A stretch of 28,347 nt of DNA from Candidatus Methylomirabilia bacterium. GTDB taxonomy: Bacteria; Methylomirabilota; Methylomirabilia; Rokubacteriales; CSP1-6. This document shows positions 9,921-18,258 of the stretch, one piece after another. Both the position numbers and the translations under genes were made by a program. The notes under the pieces are model-generated. The model made no database searches. It was not told the origin of the DNA and worked only from the letters and a program-made list of their open reading frames with translations. Positions within the stretch are counted from its first letter, which is position 1, and the number at the start of each line of letters is the position of its first letter. The stretch spans positions 1 through 28,347 of the forward strand of contig JBGQHJ010000055.1 in assembly GCA_041497895.1 (NCBI GenBank), in the 5' to 3' direction.

Positions 9921-10685
9921 ATGCCGGCCGCGCGGGTGATCGCCCGGCTCGACGTCAAGGGCCCCAACCTCGTCAAGGGCATCCACCTGGAAGGGCTGCG
10001 GGTGATCGGCGATCCCCAGGAATACGCCCGGCGCTACTACGCCGACGGGGCCGACGAGATCCTCTACGTGGACATCGTGGCGAGCCTCTACGGGCGCAAC
10101 AACATCCTCGAGGTGGTGCGCCGCACGGCCCAGGCCGTGTTCGTCCCGATGACGGTGGCGGGCGGCCTGCGGAGCCTCGACGACGTGCGCGACGCCCTGC
10201 GGAGCGGGGCGGACAAGGTCGCCATCAACACCGCGGCGGTGGCGCGGCCCGCGCTGGTCCGCGAGGTGTCGGAGGCCTTCGGGAGCCAGTGCATGGTGCT
10301 CTCGATCCAGGCCAAGAAGATCGCGCCCGACCGCTGGGAGGCCTACACCGACAACGGGCGCGAGCGCACCGGCCTCGACGCCATCGAGTGGGCGCGGCGC
10401 GGGGTCGACCTGGGCGCGGGCGAATTGCTAGTGACCTCGGTGGACCGCGAGGGCACCCAGAAGGGCATGGACCTCGACCTGATCCGGCGCGTCACCGGCG
10501 CGGTGGACGTGCCGGTGATCGCGTGCGGCGGCGTCGGCACCCCGGAGCACGCGGCGCAGGCCCTGACCGAGGCGGGCGCGGACGCGGTCGCGGTGGCCTC
10601 GGTGCTCCACTACGGCAAGCACGGCATCGGAGCGATCAAGGCTCGCCTCGCCCAGGCGGACATCCCGGTGAGGACTTCAGCATGA
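9921..10685 (+). CDS. hisF: HisF-like cyclase-fold subunit (WbuZ/AglZ-type paralog for acetamidino modification)
   Basis: RVIARLDVKGPNLVKG, GADE, TVAGG, GADKVAINTAAV, GAGELLVTSVDREGT. Located next to hisH-like and WbuX-like genes rather than in a his operon. Confidence 0.9.
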   Translation: MPAARVIARLDVKGPNLVKGIHLEGLRVIGDPQEYARRYYADGADEILYVDIVASLYGRNNILEVVRRTAQAVFVPMTVAGGLRSLDDVRDALRSGADKVAINTAAVARPALVREVSEAFGSQCMVLSIQAKKIAPDRWEAYTDNGRERTGLDAIEWARRGVDLGAGELLVTSVDREGTQKGMDLDLIRRVTGAVDVPVIACGGVGTPEHAAQALTEAGADAVAVASVLHYGKHGIGAIKARLAQADIPVRTSA

Positions 10686-11344
10686 GCGGGCGCGTGAGTG
10701 GCCCCGCGCAGGCGGTGGTGGTGGTCGACTACGGCCGCGGCAACCTGTTCAGCGTGTGCCAGGCGGTGGTCAAGGTCGGCGGCGTCCCCACGCTCTCGCC
10801 CGATCCAGCGGTGGTCCGGCAGGCCGAGCGCCTGATCCTGCCCGGCGTGGGCGCCTTCGCCGACGCGATGGAGGGCCTGCGCAAGCGCGGCCTCGACGAC
10901 GCGGTCCGGGCCTTCGCCGCGACGGGCCGGCCGCTGCTGGGCGTCTGCCTCGGCATGCAGCTCCTCCTGGGGTCCTCCACCGAGTTCGGGGACCACGCGG
11001 GGCTCGCGATCCTGCCCGGCCGGGTGGATCGCCTGCCCGCGCCGCCGCCGGGCAGCCGGGAGAAGATCCCCAACGTGGGCTGGTGCCGCCTCGAGCCGGT
11101 CGCGGGCGGCCCTCCGTGGAGCGAGTCCATCTTCCGCGGCGTCAAGCCCGGCGACTTCGCCTACTTCGTGCACTCCTACGCGGCGCACCCGGATCCCCGC
11201 CAGCGCCTGGCCGACATCACGTTCGCGGGCGCCCCGGCCTGCGCGGCCATCGCGGCCGGCCCGATCGCGGGCTGCCAGTTCCATCCGGAGAAGAGCGGTG
11301 AGGTCGGGCTCGCGATCGTGGACGCGTTCGTGAACGGGGCCTGA
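10682..11344 (+). CDS. hisH: HisH-like class I glutamine amidotransferase (WbuY-type paralog)
   Basis: ATG 10682 overlaps the previous stop. VDYGRGN, LPGVGAF, GVCLGMQ (catalytic Cys), YFVHSY, QFHPEKS (His-Glu). Confidence 0.92.
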   Translation: MSGRVSGPAQAVVVVDYGRGNLFSVCQAVVKVGGVPTLSPDPAVVRQAERLILPGVGAFADAMEGLRKRGLDDAVRAFAATGRPLLGVCLGMQLLLGSSTEFGDHAGLAILPGRVDRLPAPPPGSREKIPNVGWCRLEPVAGGPPWSESIFRGVKPGDFAYFVHSYAAHPDPRQRLADITFAGAPACAAIAAGPIAGCQFHPEKSGEVGLAIVDAFVNGA

Positions 11345-11355
11345 GGGCGATCCCG

Positions 11356-12552
11356 ATGCTCGAGACCAAGTTCGGCCTCCCGGCGGAGGTGCGGTTCTGC
11401 GCCCGCTGCGTGATCTCCAACCAGCGGCCGTCGTCCGCGGTGGAGTACGCGCACACCGGCGCGTCCAAGAAGGACACCATCCACTTCGACGCCGACGGCG
11501 TCTGCGCGGCCTGCCGGTTCGCGGAGATGAAGGACCGGGTCGACTGGGCGGAGCGGGAGCGGGCCCTGCGCGAGCTCCTCGACCGCCACCGGCGCTCCGA
11601 CGGCGGCTACGACGTGCTGGTGCCGGGCAGCGGGGGCAAGGACAGCGTCTACGCGGCCCACCTGCTCAAGTACAAGTACGGGATGAACCCGCTCACCGTG
11701 ACGTGGGCGCCCCACATCTACACCGAGGTGGGCTGGCGCAACTTCCAGTCGTGGATCCACTCCGGCTTCGACAACTACCTTTGCACGCCCAACGGACGGG
11801 TCCACCGCACGCTGACGCGGCTGGCCTTCGAGAACCTGCTCCATCCCTTCCAGCCGTTCATCTTCGGGCAGAAGGGTTTCCCGCCCCGCTTCGCCGCGAT
11901 GCACGACATCCCCCTCGTGGTCTACGGGGAGAACGAGGTGGAGTACGGCAATCCCATCGCGGAGGCGGCCACCCCGCAGCGCGACCCGCGCTACTACGCG
12001 GGCGGCGCGCGCCTCGACGACCTCTACCTGGGCGGGGTGCGGGTGCCCGAGCTCACCGCGCACGGCATCGGCCCCAAGGACCTCGAGCCCTACCTGCCGG
12101 TCGACCCCGGCGTCCTCGCGGAGAAGAAGATCGAGGTGCACTACCTCGGCTACTACGTGAAGTGGGTGCCGCAGGAGTGCTACTACTTCGCGGTCGAGCA
12201 CGCGGGCTTCGAGGCCAACACCGAGCGCACCGAGGGCACCTACTCGAAGTACAACAGCATCGACGACCGCATGGACGGCCTCCACTACTACACGACCTAC
12301 GTGAAGTTCGGCCTCGGGCGCGCCTCCTACGACGCGGCCCAGGAGATCCGCAACCGCCACCTCACGCGGGAAGAAGGTGTGGCCCTCGTGCGGCGCTTCG
12401 ACGGCGAGTTCCCCCGGAAGTGGTTCCAGGAGAACATCGACTACATGGGGATCACCGAGGCGCGCTTCTGGGAGATCGTGGACCGGTTCCGCTCCCCGCA
12501 CCTCTGGAAGCGCGAAGGCGACCGGTGGGCGCTGCGGCACCAGGTCTCCTGA
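11356..12552 (+). CDS. N-acetyl sugar amidotransferase (WbuX/PseA/PtmG family)
   Basis: N-terminal CxxC pairs (FCARC, VCAAC), PP-loop VPGSGGKDS, YGMNPLTVT, YGEN, GTYSKYNSIDD, KFGLGRA...EIR...TREE. Confidence 0.93.
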   Translation: MLETKFGLPAEVRFCARCVISNQRPSSAVEYAHTGASKKDTIHFDADGVCAACRFAEMKDRVDWAERERALRELLDRHRRSDGGYDVLVPGSGGKDSVYAAHLLKYKYGMNPLTVTWAPHIYTEVGWRNFQSWIHSGFDNYLCTPNGRVHRTLTRLAFENLLHPFQPFIFGQKGFPPRFAAMHDIPLVVYGENEVEYGNPIAEAATPQRDPRYYAGGARLDDLYLGGVRVPELTAHGIGPKDLEPYLPVDPGVLAEKKIEVHYLGYYVKWVPQECYYFAVEHAGFEANTERTEGTYSKYNSIDDRMDGLHYYTTYVKFGLGRASYDAAQEIRNRHLTREEGVALVRRFDGEFPRKWFQENIDYMGITEARFWEIVDRFRSPHLWKREGDRWALRHQVS

Positions 12553-13238
12553 TCCTGGTCCCGGCCCGCGGCGGCTCCAAGGGGCTGCCCGGGAAGAACA
12601 CGCGCCCGCTGGGCGGCCTGCCGCTCCTGGCCTGGACCGCGCGGGCGATCGCCGCGTCCGGCGTGGCGGCCCGCGCGGTGCTCAGCACCGACGACCCCGG
12701 CATCGCGGAGATCGGGCGGGCGCACGGCCTCGAGGCCCCGTTCCTGCGCCCGGCCGCCCTCGCCACCGACACCACCGGCTCGTTCGAGGTGGTGGAGCAC
12801 GCGGTGGCCTGGCTCGCCCGCGAGGCCGGCTACCGCCCGGCCGCGGTGATGCTGCTCCAGCCCACCTGCCCGTTCCGGCGGCCGGAGCGGCTCGGCCAGG
12901 CGATGGCGCTGCTGGGCAAGCCCGATACCGAGGGCGTGATCGGGGTTTGCCGCATCGACCGCAGCCTCTCGGTGATGTACCACGAGGATGCAGGCGGCGC
13001 GCTCGAGCCCCTGGCCCCGTGGGACGACCGCATCCGTCGGCAGGACGTGCGGCCGCTCCTCACCCCGAGCGGCACGATCTACCTGGTCACCGCGGACGCT
13101 CTCGCCCGGCACCGGCGGCTCTTCCCGCCCCGCCTGCGGCCGCTCCCCACCGACGCCGTCGAGGCCATCGACATCGACACCGCGGAGGACTGGGCGCTCG
13201 CCGAGGCGGTCGTGGCCGCCGGCCTGGCCAAGCCGTGA
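12525..13238 (+). CDS. neuA: Acylneuraminate (CMP-nonulosonic acid) cytidylyltransferase, copy 1
   Basis: Likely GTG at 12525 with GAAGG 6 nt upstream. VPARGGSKGLPGKN, LSTDD, PFLRPAALATD, LLQPTCPFR, RRQD, DIDTAED. Confidence 0.9.
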   Translation: MGAAAPGLLILVPARGGSKGLPGKNTRPLGGLPLLAWTARAIAASGVAARAVLSTDDPGIAEIGRAHGLEAPFLRPAALATDTTGSFEVVEHAVAWLAREAGYRPAAVMLLQPTCPFRRPERLGQAMALLGKPDTEGVIGVCRIDRSLSVMYHEDAGGALEPLAPWDDRIRRQDVRPLLTPSGTIYLVTADALARHRRLFPPRLRPLPTDAVEAIDIDTAEDWALAEAVVAAGLAKP

Positions 13239-14380
13239 CGCCGGCTCGCGTCCTGGTCTCGGCCCGCGACCCGGGCGGGGCGGCCCAGATGCGCGCCCTC
13301 TGTCCGGCCCTGCGCGCGGACGCCCGGCTGGCCGTCACGGTCGCGGCGAGCGGCCCCGCCTTCGACGTGCTCGACGCGGCCGGCGAGCGGCCCATCCGCT
13401 TCGCGCTCCCCGACGGCTCCGTCCACGTGCCGCCGGGCGGTGATCCCGCCGCGCTCCTCGACGCCGCGGGGCGTCTGATCGCGAGCGCGGCGCCGGACGT
13501 GCTGCTGGTCGGCATCTCCTCGCTCGGGGTGGGCCTCGACGAGGGCCTCCTCGCGTGCGCCGCCGGCCGGCCCACCTTCGCGCTCCAGGACTATCCCGGC
13601 GACGCCAACGCCATCGCCGGCGCCTACGCGGGCACCTACCTCGTGCGGGACGCGCTCGCGGCCCGGATCACCCGCGAGCGCTTCGGGGCGGCCACGATCA
13701 TGGTGGGATCGCTCCGTCACGCCGCCTACGCGCGCCTCGACGTGGAGAGGCTCCGGGCCGGCACGCGGGCCCGCATCGGCGCGACGACCGACCGTCTCGT
13801 GGTCGGCTTCTTCGGCCAGCCCCCCGAGATCCCGGGACACGAGGCCGCGGTGGCGCATCTCACCGACGCGCTCGCCCGCTGGCCGGCCCGGCCGCTCGTG
13901 CTGCTGCGCGAGCATCCGAAGTTCCCCGCGCTCCGCGAGCGTCACGCGCTCGCGTTGCGCCGAGCCGGGGTCGCGATCTACGAGGCGGCCGGTGGCGACG
14001 TCGAGCCCTGGCTCGCGGCCTGCGACGTCGTGACCACCGGGTTCTCGCACTGCTCGATGGACTACGCGTTCCTCGACGCGCGGAGCGCCCGGCCGCTCGG
14101 CTCGGTGCTCTTCCTGCTCACCACGCCCGAGATCCGGACCTTCCTCCAGACCTACACCGGCCTCGAGCGGCCCGACGGGGTGGAAGCCGGCCTCGGCCTG
14201 GTGGCCGAGCGGCCCGACGAGGTGGGGGGGCTGCTCGCCCGGGCGAGCACGCACGCGGAGCGGCTGCGGTTCCACGAGGCGAGCCGCCATCTCCCGCGCG
14301 AAGCGCGGATCGACGTGATCGCGGACACGCTCGTCGAGGCCGCCGGGCGGCGCGCGACGCGCGCGGGAGCGGCCGGGTGA
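13235..14380 (+). CDS. Hypothetical GT-B-like protein; candidate nonulosonic acid transferase
   Basis: GTGA overlaps at both ends. N-terminal ARDPGGAA, QDYPG, VGFFGQP, LLREHPK (HP motif), WLAACDVVTTGFSHCSMDYA resemble the two-Rossmann GT-B layout of sialyltransferase/TagF-like proteins. Function is inferred. Confidence 0.6.
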   Translation: MTPARVLVSARDPGGAAQMRALCPALRADARLAVTVAASGPAFDVLDAAGERPIRFALPDGSVHVPPGGDPAALLDAAGRLIASAAPDVLLVGISSLGVGLDEGLLACAAGRPTFALQDYPGDANAIAGAYAGTYLVRDALAARITRERFGAATIMVGSLRHAAYARLDVERLRAGTRARIGATTDRLVVGFFGQPPEIPGHEAAVAHLTDALARWPARPLVLLREHPKFPALRERHALALRRAGVAIYEAAGGDVEPWLAACDVVTTGFSHCSMDYAFLDARSARPLGSVLFLLTTPEIRTFLQTYTGLERPDGVEAGLGLVAERPDEVGGLLARASTHAERLRFHEASRHLPREARIDVIADTLVEAAGRRATRAGAAG

Positions 14381-15081
14381 CCGCGCCGTCGGTGCTGGGC
14401 GTGATCGTCGCGCGCGGCGGATCGAAGGGCCTGCCCCGGAAGAACCTCCGCCCGCTCGGCGGCAAGCCGCTCATCGTCCACACCATCGAGGCGGCGCTCG
14501 GGTGCGCGGCGCTCACCCGGACCGTGCTGTCCACCGAGGACGCCGAGATCCTGGCGGTGGGTCGGCAGGCCGGCTGCCCCGCGCCGTTCGTGCGGCCGGC
14601 GGAGCTGGCCGGCGACCGCAGCTCGACGGTGGACGTGACGCTCCACGCGGTCGACTGGCTGGCCCGGCACGAGGGGTTCGCCGCCGACGTCGTCGTCCAG
14701 CTCCCCGCCACCGCGCCGCTCCGGCGCGCCGAGCACATCGACGGCGCGCTGGCGGTGCTGCGGGACGATCCGAAGGCGGAGGCGGTCGTCGCGGTGACCG
14801 AGCCGGACTACCCGCCCTACTGGATGCTCACCGTGAAGGACGGGCGGCTGCGCTGGCTCTTCCCCGAGCGGGCCACGGTGGACCATCGCCAGGACCTGCC
14901 CGACGCCTACCGGCCGAACGGCTCCATCTACGCCATCCGCGTGACGGCGCTGCGGGCGCAGCGGACCTTCTACCCGACGGTCACCGCGCCCTACGTGATG
15001 CCGCGGGAGGCGTCGGTGAACATCGACGCGGCCCTCGACTTCGCCCTCGCCGAGCTCCTGCTGGCTAGGCCGGGCGGCTGA
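14377..15081 (+). CDS. neuA: Acylneuraminate (CMP-nonulosonic acid) cytidylyltransferase, copy 2
   Basis: GTG 14377 overlaps the previous stop. IVARGGSKGLPRKN, LSTED, PFVRPAELAGD, LPATAPLR, RQDLP.AYRPNGSIY, NIDAALD. Confidence 0.9.
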   Translation: MTAPSVLGVIVARGGSKGLPRKNLRPLGGKPLIVHTIEAALGCAALTRTVLSTEDAEILAVGRQAGCPAPFVRPAELAGDRSSTVDVTLHAVDWLARHEGFAADVVVQLPATAPLRRAEHIDGALAVLRDDPKAEAVVAVTEPDYPPYWMLTVKDGRLRWLFPERATVDHRQDLPDAYRPNGSIYAIRVTALRAQRTFYPTVTAPYVMPREASVNIDAALDFALAELLLARPGG

Positions 15082-16330
15082 GGCCGCCGTCCCGCTCGAT
15101 CACCTCCAGCACCCGCGCGCTGCTGCGGGTGTCGTCGAAGCCGAGGTAGCGCTCCACGTAGGCCCGGTGGGCCTCGGCATCCATGACCCAGCCGTCGAGC
15201 GTCCACTGGGCGAGCACCGCCGGGACCTCCTCGAGCCCGGCCGACCGGACGACGCCGGGCCAGTTCTGCATGCTGCCGGGTCGCGCGCCCCACGTCTCCT
15301 CGTAGGCGGGGAGATCCGGCTCGTAGGGCGGCGGGATCTTGACGCTCAGCGACGGCACGCCGCAGAACGCGGCTTCCATCACCGCGCCGCTCTGGAGGTG
15401 GATGCAGAGATCGGCCAAGGCCATGAGCTGGATCGAGGTGTAGGGATAGACCTCGTCGTCACGCTCCACGAACAGGTCCGCCATCTGCCGGATGAAGCGG
15501 GGATCGCGGTTCTTCTCGCGTGACTTGACGACGAGGGTCGCGCGCTGGTGACGGCAGAATGCGCGGACCGCGTCCGCGAGGGCCCGGTACGGATTGCCGC
15601 GCAGGGCCGCCCGCGCCAGGTCGGTCCGCCCGCCCGCGAGCGCCCTCGCCGCGCGCACCAGCGCGGGCGCGCCGCCCCAGAGGTGCCGGCGCTGCCCCTC
15701 GCCCGCCTCCATCTTGAGCGACATGAACAGCACCACGGGCCGGTCGGTGGGCAAGCCCCACTTCCGCCGCAGGGCCGCGCGATCGCCCACCAGCGCGAGC
15801 TGATCCAGCATGGTGGAGCCGGACACCGCGCTACGTCGCTCCAGGTCGAGCTCACCCCGGAGCGTGCCGAAGTCGGCGGCCCAGTCGCGGAACCGCGGCT
15901 GCCGCCAGTGGAGCTCCCGCTGGAATCCGCTCTGGTAGAAGGTGACGTCGATCAGGCGGTAGCCGGCGGGATCGCTGGTGACCGTCTCGAACACGTAGTC
16001 CACCGAGTAGAGGCGCACGCCGTCGCGCCCGATCAGGGCGGCTTCGGCGAGCCGCCCCATGCTCGCGAGCACCCAGTGGAGCGAGGGCCCCACCAGCGCC
16101 TGCACGCCGTGGGCCTGCAGCACCGGCCGGAGCGGAGAGCCCCACGGGTAGCTCGCCACGGTCGCGGCCGGCCACGCCGCGAAGTCGGCCGCGGTCGTCG
16201 CCTCACCCGGCTTCTTCTGGGCCGGATCGTCGAGGAGCACCACCCGGTGGCCCCGGTCGAGCGCGGCCTGGATGAGCGCGCCCGTGACCTTCAGGTAGCC
16301 CTTGCGGGAGGCGAGGAACCCGAGCGTCAT
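15065..16330 (-). CDS. Hypothetical GT-B-like protein; candidate glycosyl/nonulosonyl transferase
   Basis: ATG 16330 overlaps the neuC stop (ATGA). C-terminal half GLPTDRPVVLFM...LVVKSREK...LMALADLCIHLQSGAVMEAAFCGVPSL...SSARVLEVI is a GT-B nucleotide-binding-domain pattern. Confidence 0.6.
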   Translation of the reverse strand: MTLGFLASRKGYLKVTGALIQAALDRGHRVVLLDDPAQKKPGEATTAADFAAWPAATVASYPWGSPLRPVLQAHGVQALVGPSLHWVLASMGRLAEAALIGRDGVRLYSVDYVFETVTSDPAGYRLIDVTFYQSGFQRELHWRQPRFRDWAADFGTLRGELDLERRSAVSGSTMLDQLALVGDRAALRRKWGLPTDRPVVLFMSLKMEAGEGQRRHLWGGAPALVRAARALAGGRTDLARAALRGNPYRALADAVRAFCRHQRATLVVKSREKNRDPRFIRQMADLFVERDDEVYPYTSIQLMALADLCIHLQSGAVMEAAFCGVPSLSVKIPPPYEPDLPAYEETWGARPGSMQNWPGVVRSAGLEEVPAVLAQWTLDGWVMDAEAHRAYVERYLGFDDTRSSARVLEVIERDGGLSRPA

Positions 16331-17502
16331 CGCTCGGGCGAGGGCCCGTCGACGAACCGCTTCTGCACGAGGCGCCGGCCCAGCGCGACCTCGGCGAGGA
16401 CGCGGACGATGCGGGGGGCCGCGTGGCCGTCGCCGTAGGGGTTGCGCAGGCCGGCCAGGCCGCGGCGAAAGGCGGGATCGAGCGCGCGCCGCAGGCCGGC
16501 CAGGATCTCCTCCCGACCGTGGCCCACGTCGACGACGTTGGCGGCCCGCAGGCGCCCGTGCTGCCGGCGGCCGATGTTGACGACCGGTAGCGCGAAGGAC
16601 GGCGCCTCGATGAGGCCGCTCGAGGAGTTGCCCACCATCACGTCGGCCTCGCGCAGCAGCGAGCAGTAGGCGTCCTCGCCGAGCGAGGCCACGAAGCGCG
16701 TGCCCGGTCGGGTCGCGGCGAGGGCCTCGAGCCGCCGCGTGATGGTCAGGTAGGCGGTGTCCGCGCCCGGCGAGGTGATGATCACGTCGCCGTCGGTCCG
16801 CGCGAGCGCCGCCGCCAGCTCCTCCACGTGCGCGCCGGTGTCCTCCGCCTCGAGGGTCACCGGGTGGAGCGTGACCAGGAGGGTCGGCGTACGCAGCGGC
16901 AGCCCGACCCGCGCGGCCAGGTCGGCCCGCGAGAGCGCCGCGAGGCGCGGGAGACGATCCAGGCCCGGCGCGCCCACGCAGTGCACGCGCCAGGGCTCCT
17001 CGCCCATCTGGAGGATCCGGCGCGCGAAGGGCTCGGCGGCGGGAAAGTGCAGATGCGAGAGCTTGGTGATCGCGTGGCGGATCTGCTCGTCGATCGCCCC
17101 CTCGGTCACCTCGCCCCCGTGCACGTGGGCCACCGGGATCGTGAGCGGCAGGGCGGCCACCGCGGCACTCAGCATCTCGAGCCGATCGCCGAGCACCACC
17201 ACCAGATCGGGCCGGTGCCGGGCGAAGGCGCGGGCGAAGCCGGCCAGGCCCGCGCCCGCCGCCGCGGCCAGGTCCGCCGCCGCGTCCGACTCCACCGGCA
17301 TCGCGATCCGCTCCGCGATGGGGAAGCCGTCGGTCTCGATCGCGCGCACCGTCTCTCCGAGGCCGCTCGACAGGTGGGCGCCCCCCACGAAGAGCCGCAG
17401 CTCGAGCCCCGGGGTGGCGCGGATCTCCTCCAGCACCGGCCGCAGGTGCCCGTAGTCGGAGCGGGCCACCGTCACCACCCCGATCGCGCGCGCGCTCGCC
17501 AT
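16327..17502 (-). CDS. neuC: Hydrolysing UDP/GDP-N-acetylhexosamine 2-epimerase (NeuC/LegG)
   Basis: VTVARSDYG, GAHLS, LGDRLE, HVHGGEVTEGAIDEQIRHAITKLSHLHF, LHPVT, GNSSSGLIEAP, NIGRRQHGR, NPYGDG. Confidence 0.95.
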   Translation of the reverse strand: MASARAIGVVTVARSDYGHLRPVLEEIRATPGLELRLFVGGAHLSSGLGETVRAIETDGFPIAERIAMPVESDAAADLAAAAGAGLAGFARAFARHRPDLVVVLGDRLEMLSAAVAALPLTIPVAHVHGGEVTEGAIDEQIRHAITKLSHLHFPAAEPFARRILQMGEEPWRVHCVGAPGLDRLPRLAALSRADLAARVGLPLRTPTLLVTLHPVTLEAEDTGAHVEELAAALARTDGDVIITSPGADTAYLTITRRLEALAATRPGTRFVASLGEDAYCSLLREADVMVGNSSSGLIEAPSFALPVVNIGRRQHGRLRAANVVDVGHGREEILAGLRRALDPAFRRGLAGLRNPYGDGHAAPRIVRVLAEVALGRRLVQKRFVDGPSPER

Positions 17503-17505
17503 CGG

Positions 17506-18258
17506 CTACCGCTGCCCGACGCAGAGGAGCGACACCCCGAACGGCATCCAGCGCGTGAGCCCGCTCCGCTCCTCGAGCACGATCTCGCGCGCGAGCACCC
17601 GGTTGAGCCAGGCGGGCACCGCGTAGAAGTTGTCGCGCGGCTCCGCGAGCGAGGCCAGCATCCGCTCGAGCTTCGCCAGCAGCAGCAGCGGGGGGAAGAA
17701 CGCGCACTTGAAGAAGCGGCAGCTCTCCACCGACAGCCCGGCGGCCCGGACCCGGCCCACGAAGTCTCCGCGGCGATAGCGGCGGAAGTGGCCGTACATC
17801 ACGTCGTGATGGCGCCACAGCGCGGGGAACGCGGGCACCGCGAACACGAACGCGCCGCCCGGCCGCGTCACCCGCGCGATCTCGCGCAGCGCGGCCGCGT
17901 CGTCCTGGATGTGCTCGAGCACGTCCAGGGCCACCACGCAGTCGAAGGAGCCGGACGCGAACGGGAGCGCGGTCGAGTCGCTCGAGAGCAGGAGCGGCAG
18001 GCCCTTGCGCCGCGCGAAGGCCAGCGCGTCGAGGGAGAAGTCGGACCCGTAGGCGAGGCCGTGGGCCTGCAGGCGCTTGAGCATGTTGCCGGGCCCACAG
18101 CCGACGTCGAAGATGCGGAGGGGCCGGTCGAGACTACGCCGCAGCCGGCCGAGGCGCGGGGCGAGCTCGCGCTCGATGATCTCGTTCTGGGACGCCAGCC
18201 AGAAGTACTTCTCGCCGAGCTCGAAGTAGCGGGCCTGCTTGTCCGGCTCGTCCTTCAC
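17506..18258 (-). CDS. Class I SAM-dependent methyltransferase
   Basis: IFDVGCGPG, LPFASGSFDCVVALDVLEHI, RPGG, VPAFPALWRHHD...HFRRY: the methyltransferase type commonly found next to GtrB-like GT2 genes. GTG start overlaps the upstream stop. Confidence 0.9.
   Translation of the reverse strand: MKDEPDKQARYFELGEKYFWLASQNEIIERELAPRLGRLRRSLDRPLRIFDVGCGPGNMLKRLQAHGLAYGSDFSLDALAFARRKGLPLLLSSDSTALPFASGSFDCVVALDVLEHIQDDAAALREIARVTRPGGAFVFAVPAFPALWRHHDVMYGHFRRYRRGDFVGRVRAAGLSVESCRFFKCAFFPPLLLLAKLERMLASLAEPRDNFYAVPAWLNRVLAREIVLEERSGLTRWMPFGVSLLCVGQR

Noticed and set aside
9921..11344. Histidine biosynthesis operon
   Set aside because: No other his genes, adjacent to a WbuX-like amidotransferase, and the HisF copy appears to lack a catalytic Asp; these are glycan-tailoring paralogs.
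7920..17502. Plain sialic acid (Neu5Ac) or pseudaminic acid pathway
   Set aside because: LegC-type aminotransferase, CBS-nucleotidyltransferase and hydrolysing NeuC favour a Leg-type route, and no PseB/PseG/PseH is recognisable. Final assignment still needs NeuB phylogeny.
7550..17818. Long N-terminal extensions in track ORFs (789, 351, 511, 667, 508, 917 aa) suggesting fusions
   Set aside because: They are stop-poor shadow frames at high GC; real starts sit at overlaps with the upstream stops.
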